A DNA stretch of 54,852 nt from positions 1-54,852 of the forward strand of contig JBEKFI010000008.1 in the NCBI GenBank assembly GCA_050013395.1, given 5' to 3'. Of the stretch, positions 11,032 through 20,175 are shown piece by piece. The translations under genes were made by a program, and so were the position numbers. Positions within the stretch are counted from its first letter, which is position 1; each line of letters starts with the position of its first letter. The DNA is from Verrucomicrobiia bacterium (GTDB taxonomy: Bacteria; Verrucomicrobiota; Verrucomicrobiia; Palsa-1439). Below the pieces are notes generated by a model that worked only from the letters and a program-made list of their open reading frames with translations, made no database searches and was not told the origin of the DNA.

Positions 11032-11766
11032 ATGAAACACAACCTCTACATTGTTCTCGCTTTGCTCGCCGGCTTGGTCATCGGCAACTTCAGCGTGAAG
11101 CCAGATCTCCGCAGAGCCCGCGAAGAAAACAAATCCCTCAAGGATCAACTCAGTTTGCGCAGCCGCCGCGACGACAACCTGCGCAGCGTTACCTCGATGC
11201 TTCGCGTGCCGCAGCCCGGGCCGGCCCCCGCGACCAACGCGCCGCCCGTGCAGAAACCGCCGGAACCGGAGGCCGTCGTCACCAATGTAACCATCGTGGT
11301 CACTGACGACTTTCGCACAGCCCGTGCGCGCGCCGAGGATGCGCGCCGCTCTTTCGAGGAGCAGATCAAGACCGCAGTGGAACTATGGAAGACCCGATCG
11401 GAACTGGCGCGCAACAGCCTCCTGTCGAATCTCTCCGCCACGCCCGAGCAGACACAGATGTTTGACCAGACCATCACCAACATGAACGCGCAGTTGGCTG
11501 AGAAGATCCGGCAATGGACCGACTACTTGAAGCAACAGCAGGAAGTCACGCCCGAGACCGGCGTGCGCATGATGAACGATCTCAGTTCCACCATCGTCGC
11601 AAGCTACGACGAACTCGACAAAACGCTCCCGGCCGACTGGCGCGACAAGGCGGGACCGGAGTTCCAGTTGTTCGACTTCATCAACCCGGAGGTCGTGCTG
11701 CCGTTCGCCGAGGTGCAGGGGGCGCTGGGCGACCGGCCGTTCCGTCGGGGGCGACCAGCGCCATGA
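11032..11766 (+). CDS. Membrane-anchored hypothetical protein, first gene of the ABC operon
   Basis: N-terminal hydrophobic helix, coiled coil, Pro-rich linker; ATG at 11032. Confidence 0.7.
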   Translation: MKHNLYIVLALLAGLVIGNFSVKPDLRRAREENKSLKDQLSLRSRRDDNLRSVTSMLRVPQPGPAPATNAPPVQKPPEPEAVVTNVTIVVTDDFRTARARAEDARRSFEEQIKTAVELWKTRSELARNSLLSNLSATPEQTQMFDQTITNMNAQLAEKIRQWTDYLKQQQEVTPETGVRMMNDLSSTIVASYDELDKTLPADWRDKAGPEFQLFDFINPEVVLPFAEVQGALGDRPFRRGRPAP

Positions 11767-11816
11767 AAAGGCTCCTCACCCGTAATGATAGAGCTGGTTT
11801 CTCTTGTGGCGCCGTG

Positions 11817-11879
11817 GTAGGGCGCGACCGCTGCGCGCGCCGCATTCGGACCACGGGCAGCCCGGCGGTCTGCCCCTAC
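11817..11879 (+). repeat. GTAG-type REP doublet
   Basis: Similar to 4120-4181. Confidence 0.8.
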
Positions 11880-11908
11880 CAAGCCAATCAAGCTCGACAG
11901 CCCCACCC

Positions 11909-12814
11909 ATGATTAAGTCCTACCGCACCTTCTGGATTGTGGCGCGCAATGAGTTGGGCGATTCGGCGCGTAGCCGGCGCGTCATCGTGATGGTGTTGCT
12001 GTACCTAGTCGGCGCGATTGCTGCCACGGCGTTGTTCATCACTTTCCTTCAGAGTGTCGAGAGCCAGCTCGTGCGCAGCCTTGGTCTCCCCGTGCCAAAA
12101 GGCGCGGGCGGTGTGACCGCCACGTTGTGGAAGTCCAGAATGTTCCGCGAAATGCTCACGAATCTCATTGGCGACCGCGCGCTGGCGGAGAACCTGCTGG
12201 CCGTGCCGCCGCTGGCGCTGTTCTACGCTTGGTTGTCCGTTGCGTTCACACCGGCATTGGTGATGCTCACGTCCTCGACGCGCATCGCTGAGGAAATCGC
12301 AAGCGGTTCGGTCCGGTTCGTAATGTTTCGCGCAGGCCGTGGACCGTGGTGCGCAGGCAAGTTTGCCGGTCAGGCGGTGCAGGTGCTCGGCGCGCTGTTG
12401 CTGAGTGCGGTCGGCGCGTGGGTCGTCGGCTTCTTTCGCATGAAATCGTTCGAGCCGCTGCCGACGGCACAGTACATGGTGTGGTTTGCGTTCAAGGCGT
12501 GGATCTACGCGATGCCGTTCCTCGGGCTGGCGCTCGCCATCTCGCAGTTGTGCGCCGTGCCCAACATCGCGCTCGTGTTCGGTTTTGTCTCGCTCGTTGC
12601 CGCATCGGTGCTGAGTCGGGTCTCGGCTTGGCGCGCTGGCGACGGATGGCGACGCATCTGGGACATCGTCAATATCCTCACGCCCGGCGGTCATCGGTTG
12701 GACCTCTGGTGGAACGACGCGGCCCATTTGTTGCCGGCGGCTGTTTTTCTGCTGACTTTGGCGGTGGCGTATTTGTTGGCCGGTTATGCGCGGTTTGCGA
12801 AGAGGGACCTGTGA
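11909..12814 (+). CDS. ABC-2 type transporter permease
   Basis: Multiple TM helices, IAEEIASGS motif, VARNEL start; overlaps the ATPase start. Confidence 0.85.
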   Translation: MIKSYRTFWIVARNELGDSARSRRVIVMVLLYLVGAIAATALFITFLQSVESQLVRSLGLPVPKGAGGVTATLWKSRMFREMLTNLIGDRALAENLLAVPPLALFYAWLSVAFTPALVMLTSSTRIAEEIASGSVRFVMFRAGRGPWCAGKFAGQAVQVLGALLLSAVGAWVVGFFRMKSFEPLPTAQYMVWFAFKAWIYAMPFLGLALAISQLCAVPNIALVFGFVSLVAASVLSRVSAWRAGDGWRRIWDIVNILTPGGHRLDLWWNDAAHLLPAAVFLLTLAVAYLLAGYARFAKRDL

Positions 12815-13740
12815 ACGCCGCGCTGGAAATGCAGGGCGTCGTGAAACTTTACGGGCGATTGCGCGCGCTCGACGGGCTTGACCTGTGCGTGCCGCACGGC
12901 TCGATCTTTGGCCTCGTCGGCAGCAACGGCGCCGGCAAGACCACCGCGATGGCGGTCGCGCTTGGTCTGTTGCGTTCCGGCGGCGGACAGATCAACCTGC
13001 TCGGCGACGGCCCGTTCCGGACGGAGAAACACGCGGGACGCGTCGCGTTGTTGCCCCAAGATTCCCGGTTTCCGCCGCACGCGCGCGTGGAAGAGTTGCT
13101 GCGGTTCTATGGGCGAGTACAGGGATTGCCTGCAGAAACGCTCGAAACCGCGATTAATGAATTGCTGGGCTGGGTGCATTTGGAGGACCGCCGCCGGTCA
13201 GCGGTGCGCACCTTGTCGCACGGGATGAACCGCCGATTGGCAATCGCGCAGGCGTTCCTCGGCTCACCGGAACTGGTGCTGCTCGACGAACCATTGAACG
13301 GACTCGACCCGAAAGAGGCGGCGCGCGTGCGCGAGATGATTCGCCGACGCCGCGGCCGGCAGGCCATCGTCATCAGTTCGCACAACCTGACCGACATCGA
13401 AGCGCTCTGCGACCACGTCGCGTTCATCGAGAAGGGTAAACTGGTCCGGCAGGACACGCTGGAGAAAATCATCCGACGCGCCCATCGGATCACCTACGTG
13501 CTTCGCGGCGGCAACGTCCCAATGGCTAGACTTTCTGCCGAATTGCCCGAGGTCACGTGGGAGCGGCTACCGGAGTCCCTGACCGCCACGTTCACGGAGC
13601 GGTACACGACCGAAGAACTTAACGCCGCCGTGCTGCGCGCGTTGCTCGAAGCCAGTGTCGGCATCCTCGAAATCCAGCGCGGTTCCGACCTCGAAAGCGA
13701 ATACCTGCGCATGGCCTCCGACCAACCGCCCAAGTCGTAG
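12811..13740 (+). CDS. ABC transporter ATP-binding protein
   Basis: GSNGAGKTT, LSHGM, LLDEPLNGLDP, SSH; GTG start in GTGA overlap. Confidence 0.95.
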   Translation: MNAALEMQGVVKLYGRLRALDGLDLCVPHGSIFGLVGSNGAGKTTAMAVALGLLRSGGGQINLLGDGPFRTEKHAGRVALLPQDSRFPPHARVEELLRFYGRVQGLPAETLETAINELLGWVHLEDRRRSAVRTLSHGMNRRLAIAQAFLGSPELVLLDEPLNGLDPKEAARVREMIRRRRGRQAIVISSHNLTDIEALCDHVAFIEKGKLVRQDTLEKIIRRAHRITYVLRGGNVPMARLSAELPEVTWERLPESLTATFTERYTTEELNAAVLRALLEASVGILEIQRGSDLESEYLRMASDQPPKS

Positions 13741-13752
13741 CCGCGGCGCTAG

Positions 13753-13923
13753 CCCGGATTATTCACAATGCGCTTAAACAACCCACAGTGTGTCACTGCT
13801 CGAACCCTCACCCTGACCCTCTCCCTTGGGAAGGGAGAGGGGAGATCTCCTCGCCCCGCTTGCGGGGAGAGGATTGAGGTGAGGGGTTGCCGGACGTTTC
13901 AGGTGGTTCATGAATAGGTCAGG
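13753..13923 (+). mobile_element. MITE copy B (171 bp)
   Basis: Imperfect TIRs CCCGGATTATTCAC / CCTGACCTATTCAT; CTAG direct repeat on both sides; internal CCCTCACCC...GGGAGAGGG palindromes. Confidence 0.88.
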
Positions 13924-14382
13924 CTAGACCGTTGCGTCATAGCGCATCCCGTAATGAGACAGGATAGCGCGTGCGGTGCGTACGAGCAGCGGGTCGTTCC
14001 GGTAACGTTCGAGGAAATGCACCTCGCTCATTTCGGAAGGCCAACGCTTTCGATCGACGCGAAACTGAAGCGTGATCTCCGCCTCAAGCGCGCGTCGAAA
14101 GTGATTGTCCGAAAACCTAGCGTCTTCCAGCGCGAAATAATCGACGTTTAGTGCCTGATTCAGATACTTGCGGCGCCAATCGTAAGCGATGTAATTCTTC
14201 CGGTCTTTGCCGCGAAGCTTACGCCGAAAGGGGGGCCGGAACCCTTTCGACAAGCGAGACTCTCCAGATCCGCTATCGCCAACCCGAAGAACCTCTTGGC
14301 CCTTCGAGATGATGTAGATGCCAAATCGCCGAAGGGACGGAAAATCGTCCGAGGACGGTCTGGCTTGCTGATCCAGCGTCAC
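13924..14382 (-). CDS. Putative GIY-YIG nuclease-like protein (start uncertain)
   Basis: GIYII-x5-VLRVGDS, downstream R and a late ALEAE glutamate; stop codon lies in the MITE target duplication. Confidence 0.5.
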   Translation of the reverse strand: MTLDQQARPSSDDFPSLRRFGIYIISKGQEVLRVGDSGSGESRLSKGFRPPFRRKLRGKDRKNYIAYDWRRKYLNQALNVDYFALEDARFSDNHFRRALEAEITLQFRVDRKRWPSEMSEVHFLERYRNDPLLVRTARAILSHYGMRYDATV

Positions 14383-14527
14383 GGTGAAGGAGATGGGCTT
14401 AATTGGCTCGTGTGGTTCAACCCGTTACTACCACAAACTCACTTTGTCATATCACCCGATTCTCTGGAGAAAGACAAACCCAAAACCGTGGCGGAGCGCC
14501 TGGAAACATCCCGAAACTCCCCTCGGT

Positions 14528-14620
14528 TGTCACCCTGAGCGCGGCAAAGGGTCTCAGTCGTTCGGGAAACTGTGGAAACACTAGAGATTCTTCTCCTGCC
14601 TCGGCGGGATCAGAATGACA
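14528..14620. repeat. TGTCA...TGACA palindromic repeat element with a nested hairpin
   Basis: TGTCACCCTGAGCGCGGCAAAGGGTCTC...GAGATTCTTC[TCCTGCCTCGGCGGGA]TCAGAATGACA. Confidence 0.7.
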
Positions 14621-15504
14621 AACCTTGGGGGAACGGGTTTGCGGATAGGTTCCCTTGTCTCGGGGCGCCGCGGCTGGTGGTTTGTCAACCTCCATCTGGA
14701 GGGCCATCCCGCCACGGCGGGATCGTGGCCGCCGACCGGCAACGGACGCGACGGTCGCCGACGCGCAATAGCGCTTTGGCGACGGCGCGAGCGCGTCCCT
14801 CCAACGACCATCAGCCGCAGGACGATTTCCTTGCCTTGCGCGTCCACCAGCGTGACGCGGTCGCGCTCGATCTTTTTCACCGTGGCGCCATCCACGTAAC
14901 TCGATTCGTAAACAGCGTGACCGTTGAGCACCGCGTACCTGCTATCGGGAAGGATCATGATGCCGGTGAGTCGGAAACCGTCCTCGGCGGATCCAGCGGG
15001 TGGAGCGGGACGCTGTTGCGCCGACACCCTCACGGGTTCACTGGCCCCGAACCCGTGTGCGGGGCTGGCGACAACCGGCTGCGGCGCGGGTTCATTCGGC
15101 TTTGGCTCGGTGGCCGCCGTCGGGGGCTGGGTTTCGCCGCCTGCGTGGACGGTTTGTCTCGATTCCCGGATCATCGGGGCGGCCAAGCTGACCAAAAACA
15201 CAATGGCGACGATGGCCACGAGGCTGACACACACGATCAGCACGGGCAACAACGCCGACTGCTTCTTCTGCGGGTAAACAGCCGCCGCTTGATCGACCGA
15301 TTGACCCGACGCGAACGTGCTGGCCACGCTCACAGCGTGGCTGGCCACAGGCATCGTGGCGACCGTTTCCACAGGCCTGGACTCCGCCGGGCCAAACGGT
15401 GGCGCGGGCCTTGGTGCAGGTTTCAGCGCGGGTGCAGGCTGAACGCCTGTCTTGCGCAGTTTCTCCCGCCCGGCTTTCTGCAATGCCTCATGAACCAGGC
15501 TCAT
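14581..15504 (-). CDS. ExeB/GspB-like protein with a repeat-derived C-terminal extension
   Basis: MSLVHEALQKA start coupled (ATGA) to exeA, TM helix, C-terminal LTGIM...YAVLNG...VKKIERDRVTL domain. Confidence 0.75.
   Translation of the reverse strand: MSLVHEALQKAGREKLRKTGVQPAPALKPAPRPAPPFGPAESRPVETVATMPVASHAVSVASTFASGQSVDQAAAVYPQKKQSALLPVLIVCVSLVAIVAIVFLVSLAAPMIRESRQTVHAGGETQPPTAATEPKPNEPAPQPVVASPAHGFGASEPVRVSAQQRPAPPAGSAEDGFRLTGIMILPDSRYAVLNGHAVYESSYVDGATVKKIERDRVTLVDAQGKEIVLRLMVVGGTRSRRRQSAIARRRPSRPLPVGGHDPAVAGWPSRWRLTNHQPRRPETREPIRKPVPPRFVILIPPRQEKNL
14697..14803. repeat. TGGAGGG...CCCTCCA REP-like doublet with two nested hairpins
   Basis: Inverted ends; nested ATCCCGCCACGGCGGGAT (14706-14723) and GTCGCCGACGCGCAATAGCGCTTTGGCGAC (14754-14783). 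Confidence 0.7.
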
Positions 15505-16331
15505 CCGACCACCGCCTCGGCTGTCTGCCGGCATTCCGTATCGTCGATCGCGCGCTGGATCATCAGGCCGCCGATCACAAATGCCTCGGCGACATAGCCT
15601 GCCAGCAACGCTTTGTCGCAAAGCACATTGATGAGGCGCGGCACGCCGTGCGAGTATTCGTAAATCAACGCCAGCGCTTCGGGACTCCACTGGATACGCC
15701 CGTCGTCGCCGGCAACGCGCAACCGGTGTTGGATGTATTCGCCGACCTCTTCCGCCGCCAGCGGCGCAACGTGATGCCGCAACGCGATGCGCTGCTTGAG
15801 TTGCCGCAAGTTGTCTTGCGCCAACAATTCACCCAGCTCCGGCTGGCCGACCAGCACAATCTGTAGAAGTTTTTCTTTTTCTGTCTCGAGATTCGAGAGA
15901 AGGCGAATTTGTTCGAGAACGCTCGGCCGAAGATTCTGCGCTTCATCGATGATCAGCGCAACGTTGTGATTGGCGGCCAGTTCGCGCAGCAGGAACGAGT
16001 TGATCGTGTCGTACAGATCCTTCTTGGTGGTCTTCGCGGGCTGCAGACGAAACTCGTCGCAGATGGCCCGCAAAATCTGGGAGTCGGACAAACATGGATT
16101 CAAAATCAAGGCCGTCTTGGTGGTGGCATCCAGCGAACCCAGCAGCGCGCGACACAGCGTCGTCTTGCCCGCACCGATCTCCCCGGTGATTGCAATGAAC
16201 CCTTTTCGCTCTTGGATTCCGTACAGCAACACGTCCAGCGCGACGCGATGATTGCGGCTGAGAAACAGGAACTGCGGGTCGGGCGTCATGTTGAAAGGAT
16301 ATTCGCGCAGCCTGTAGAATTCTTTATACAT
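15501..16331 (-). CDS. ExeA/GspA-like AAA ATPase
   Basis: PFNMTPDP, GEIGAGKTT, IIDEAQNL, LVGQPEL, GVPRLINVLCD. Confidence 0.92.
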   Translation of the reverse strand: MYKEFYRLREYPFNMTPDPQFLFLSRNHRVALDVLLYGIQERKGFIAITGEIGAGKTTLCRALLGSLDATTKTALILNPCLSDSQILRAICDEFRLQPAKTTKKDLYDTINSFLLRELAANHNVALIIDEAQNLRPSVLEQIRLLSNLETEKEKLLQIVLVGQPELGELLAQDNLRQLKQRIALRHHVAPLAAEEVGEYIQHRLRVAGDDGRIQWSPEALALIYEYSHGVPRLINVLCDKALLAGYVAEAFVIGGLMIQRAIDDTECRQTAEAVVG

Positions 16332-16510
16332 CGCCCATGACTCCGATTGGCGCGGATGCTAGCACGGCGCGGCGCGGCGCGCAAGTCTGCAGGCGCCGCG
16401 GGCCGCAACCCCTGCCGCCCTGCCGCCGATGCCAGCACGGGCGCGTGATGCGGCAACAAGCCCGCATCGGTTGGATTGCCACTCTCCGTTCGCGTGGTTA
16501 TCATGCCGCG

Positions 16511-17494
16511 GTGCGATTTGTCGATCGAAAGGCCGTGGTAAGAATCGCCATCGCGCTGGTTGTAGCAGGCTCGGTCATGCTGTTCATGTGCCGATGCTGG
16601 GGCAAAGGAAAACGAATCATGGAGCCGCCGAAAATCTCCGCTGACGCGTTGCGGGCGCACGTGGAGAAGCTTGCAGGCGAGATTGGCGAACGCAACGTGT
16701 TCACGACGGCGATGCTCGCGCGGGCCGCCGACTACATCGAACGGACGTGGCGGACACAGGGTTATCAGGTCATGCGCCGTCCGTACAAGGTTTACAACGT
16801 CACCTGTTCAAACCTCGAAATCACTTGTCGCGGGAAAGACGAACCTAATGAGATCATTCTCGTGGGCGCTCATTACGACTCCGTCGCGGGAAGCCCCGGC
16901 GCGAATGACAACGGCAGTGGTGTGGCGGCAATGCTGGAGATGTCGCGTGTTTTCGCGACGTTGGCGCCACGCCGAACGGTCCGGTTTGTCGCGTTCGTCA
17001 ACGAAGAGCCGCCGTTCTTCGAGACCGAGCAGATGGGCAGCCGCGTGTACGCGAAGACGGCGAAGACGCATGGGGACGACATCCGCGGCATGATCTGCCT
17101 CGAAACCATGGGGTACTACAGCAATCAGCGCGGCAGCCAGCGTTATCCGTTTCCATTCAACCTCTTCTACCCCAATCGTGGCAATTTCATCGGGTTTGTC
17201 TCCAACCTGCGTTCGCGGTCAGTCATGCATTGCGCCGTGCGGGCCTTTCGAGCGCACTCGGATTTCCCCATCGAATGCTGCGCGACTTGGGCGAGAATCC
17301 CCGGCGTCGACTGGAGCGATCATGCTTCGTTCTGGCGCGAAGGTTACCGTGCATTCATGGTGACTGACACAGCCCCGTTTCGATATCGCCACTATCACAC
17401 AGATCAAGATACACCCGACAAAATTGACTATGATTCGCTGGCACGAGTGACGAGAGGCCTGTGCGGGACGATTGCCTCTTTGGCGGCGGAGTGA
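16511..17494 (+). CDS. M28 family metallopeptidase
   Basis: GAHYDS, GANDNGSG, NEEPPFF, SDHASF, YHT..DT; likely GTG start at 16511. Confidence 0.9.
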   Translation: MRFVDRKAVVRIAIALVVAGSVMLFMCRCWGKGKRIMEPPKISADALRAHVEKLAGEIGERNVFTTAMLARAADYIERTWRTQGYQVMRRPYKVYNVTCSNLEITCRGKDEPNEIILVGAHYDSVAGSPGANDNGSGVAAMLEMSRVFATLAPRRTVRFVAFVNEEPPFFETEQMGSRVYAKTAKTHGDDIRGMICLETMGYYSNQRGSQRYPFPFNLFYPNRGNFIGFVSNLRSRSVMHCAVRAFRAHSDFPIECCATWARIPGVDWSDHASFWREGYRAFMVTDTAPFRYRHYHTDQDTPDKIDYDSLARVTRGLCGTIASLAAE

Positions 17495-17606
17495 GCGGCG
17501 CTCGGCCCGTTTCCATGGTACATCTTTTTTCTGTTTGACGGGTTGAACGAATTATCGTACACCCCAGCCGAACGCAAAACTCGAACCTAGTTCAAGGAGG
17601 ACTATT

Positions 17607-17972
17607 ATGAGCAAGTATCTGATGCGCGCTGTGGCGGCATCCAGTCTCATCGCTGTGGCTCTCGCTTTCACGCTTCCCGTGCAGGCTCAGGAAGGCGCAG
17701 CAGCGGCCAAGCCCAAGAAGCAACAGTTCACCGGTGCCATCGAATCCATTGATACCAAGGCGAACACCGTCAAGGTGAAGCAGAAGGAAGAAAGCAAGAC
17801 TTTCAAGGTTAGCGACCAAACCAAGTACAGCACCGCCGAGAAGAAGACAGCGGCACTCAGCGACCTCAAAGTCGGCGACAAGGTAACGGTCGCCTACACG
17901 GAGGAAAGCGGAGCCTTGATCGCGCAGAAGATAGCGCCGCCCGCAGAGAAGAAAGCCAAGGAGAAGAAGTAG
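17607..17972 (+). CDS. Secreted Lys-rich small beta-barrel (OB-fold-like) protein
   Basis: Signal peptide ending VQA; LSDLKVGDKVTVAY pattern; AGGAGG RBS. Confidence 0.75.
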   Translation: MSKYLMRAVAASSLIAVALAFTLPVQAQEGAAAAKPKKQQFTGAIESIDTKANTVKVKQKEESKTFKVSDQTKYSTAEKKTAALSDLKVGDKVTVAYTEESGALIAQKIAPPAEKKAKEKK

Positions 17973-18007
17973 TAGTCACCAGCAGCGATTCTGCTGATAG
18001 ATCGCTG

Positions 18008-18047
18008 GGGCAGGGAATCTGTACCGGATTCCCTGCCCTTCTTGTTT
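18008..18047 (+). terminator. Rho-independent terminator between convergent genes
   Basis: GGGCAGGGAATC-N7-GATTCCCTGCCC followed by TTCTTGTTT. Confidence 0.75.
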
Positions 18048-18942
18048 AAGCTTCACGCTTCAGATAGCGAGTGACCCCGGCCTCGAAACTTTCCTGCTCC
18101 AGTAGAAAATCGCGTTCCGCCGGCTTCGGATCGCCGACATTGTCTTCTTCGGTCATGATGAGCTGGTCGCGCGTGAACGGCGGGTTGGCCAACAGTTTTT
18201 CAAAGACGGCTGCCTGCAGACGCGCGATGGGCAGAGGCAGATGCACTTTCCGTTTGCGGATGGCATACAACTTCATCAGCTTGTCGTACAGTTCGTTCCA
18301 AGTGAACGCATCGGGGCCACACAGGTCGTACGTCTTGCCGATCGTCTCATCGTTTTTAATCGCTGCCACAAAACATTTCGCCACGTTTTCCACAGAGATC
18401 GGTTGAATCTTCGAATTGCCGTCGCCCAACACAGGCACGAAAGGCGACAGGCGGACCACCTTTGCCAGCACGTTAATCGACTTGTCCTGTGGGCCGTAAA
18501 TCACCGAAGGGCGAAAAATCGTCCAAGCGGGGCCGCTCTTGCGGACACACTCCTCGGCAGCCCATTTGGTCTGGTGATACCGACTCCGGGCATCCGGGCG
18601 CGTGCCCAAGGCGCTCATGTGAAGGAATCGTTTCACGCCGCCTTTCTTGGCCTCGTCCACCACGTTCATGGTGGCCTCGGCGTGAACCCGCTGAAAGGTA
18701 TTCTCCCTCCATTCATGGATAATTCCCACCAGGTGGATGACGCACTTTACGCCCTGCATCGCGCCGTCCAGCGACGGCGCAAACAGGACATTGCCGTGGA
18801 ACAATTCCACGCCATATTTGTCCGCGAGCCATTGCGCCCGCTTCGGGTCACGCACAATCGCACGCACCGCATGACCCTCGGCGCGCGCGCGCCTGACGAT
18901 CTCTTGTCCGACAAATCCAGTCGCTCCAGTAATGGCAATCAT
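18046..18942 (-). CDS. NDUFA9-like atypical SDR, NAD(P)-binding
   Basis: TGATGFVG, HMSALG, YHQTKW.AE, FRPSVIYG. Confidence 0.9.
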   Translation of the reverse strand: MIAITGATGFVGQEIVRRARAEGHAVRAIVRDPKRAQWLADKYGVELFHGNVLFAPSLDGAMQGVKCVIHLVGIIHEWRENTFQRVHAEATMNVVDEAKKGGVKRFLHMSALGTRPDARSRYHQTKWAAEECVRKSGPAWTIFRPSVIYGPQDKSINVLAKVVRLSPFVPVLGDGNSKIQPISVENVAKCFVAAIKNDETIGKTYDLCGPDAFTWNELYDKLMKLYAIRKRKVHLPLPIARLQAAVFEKLLANPPFTRDQLIMTEEDNVGDPKPAERDFLLEQESFEAGVTRYLKREA

Positions 18943-18960
18943 CGGTTCCTCACGGCCTTC

Positions 18961-20166
18961 TCAACGTTCGAATTCAATCCGCCCGCCCACCAATGTCTTC
19001 TTCACTTCAAAGGCAGATGAAAATATCACAACATCCGCGTCCTTGCGCGGCTCCAAGCTTCCTTTGCGCCCGCTCAGACTGAGTGCGCGCGCCGGACTCA
19101 GGCTCGCCATTTGCACCGCATCGACCAACGGGACGCCGGCCATCTCGACCATGCTTTTGACCGTCATCATCATCGTCGACACGCTGCCTGCGATTGCTGA
19201 ACCATCAGCCAGCAGGCCAACACCGTCGCGCACAACCGCCCGCGTCTCGCCGATTCGAAATTCCGTGCCTTCCGCCAGTCCGGCCCCCGCCGTCGCGTCG
19301 GTCACCAGACAAACCTTATCGACTCCCTTGGCGCACACAGCGAGTTTCATCAGTTCGGGGTGAACGTGTTTCCCGTCGGCGATCAATTCGACCAGCACGC
19401 GATCGTCGGCCAGAAACGTTTCCAACGCGCCTGGCGCTCGAAACACGCCTGTCTTTGTCGTCGCCGACATGCAGTTGAAGAGGTGCGTCGCTTGGCACAG
19501 CCCTCTCTCAATCGCTGCGCGCACTTGTTCGTAATCGGCCGCCGTGTGGCCGCCGCTGGGAATAATCTCGTGTTCCAGCAACGCGTCAATCAGCTCCAGC
19601 GCCCCCGGCAACTCGGGCGCCAACGTCATCTGCGTGACCAGCCCCTCGCGATTCAACCAAGCGCTGTACTCGCTCGGCTCGGGATTGCGGATAAAACGCG
19701 CGGGTTGAGCGCCGCATTTGTCCCGCGAAATGTAAGGCCCTTCAAGATGTACCCCTAAAATCTGAGCCCCGCCAAAGTCGTGTCCCATCGCCTGCGCGAT
19801 CAAATCCAGCGCCGCGCCGATTCTCTCTGTTGAATCGGTCACAATGGTGGGAGTCATCGCTGTCGTGCCGCCGCTGGCGTGGAACTTTGCGATCTGCGCC
19901 AGCGCCTCCACGCTCGCTTCCATGGTGTCATGTCCCAGCGCGCCGTGCACATGCAGATCGACAAATCCGGGCGCAACGAAATCCCCGTGCGCGTCGATCA
20001 CCGTGGCATCGTCTGACCAGAGCACCTGCGCGGTCGGCGCGACCTGCTGGATCGTGCTGCCGTGGATCACCACGCAATGCTCCTTGAGGACGGCACACGG
20101 TCCGATTACCCGTCCGTTAATGATCACCAACATGCTCAGAGTATGGCCGTCGGTGAGAAGCGACAC
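18961..20166 (-). CDS. nagA: N-acetylglucosamine-6-phosphate deacetylase
   Basis: PGFVDLHVHG, HLEGPY, TLAPE, THLFNCM, IADGKHV, LVTDA; start uncertain. Confidence 0.93.
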   Translation of the reverse strand: MSLLTDGHTLSMLVIINGRVIGPCAVLKEHCVVIHGSTIQQVAPTAQVLWSDDATVIDAHGDFVAPGFVDLHVHGALGHDTMEASVEALAQIAKFHASGGTTAMTPTIVTDSTERIGAALDLIAQAMGHDFGGAQILGVHLEGPYISRDKCGAQPARFIRNPEPSEYSAWLNREGLVTQMTLAPELPGALELIDALLEHEIIPSGGHTAADYEQVRAAIERGLCQATHLFNCMSATTKTGVFRAPGALETFLADDRVLVELIADGKHVHPELMKLAVCAKGVDKVCLVTDATAGAGLAEGTEFRIGETRAVVRDGVGLLADGSAIAGSVSTMMMTVKSMVEMAGVPLVDAVQMASLSPARALSLSGRKGSLEPRKDADVVIFSSAFEVKKTLVGGRIEFER

Positions 20167-20175
20167 AAGTCTGAA

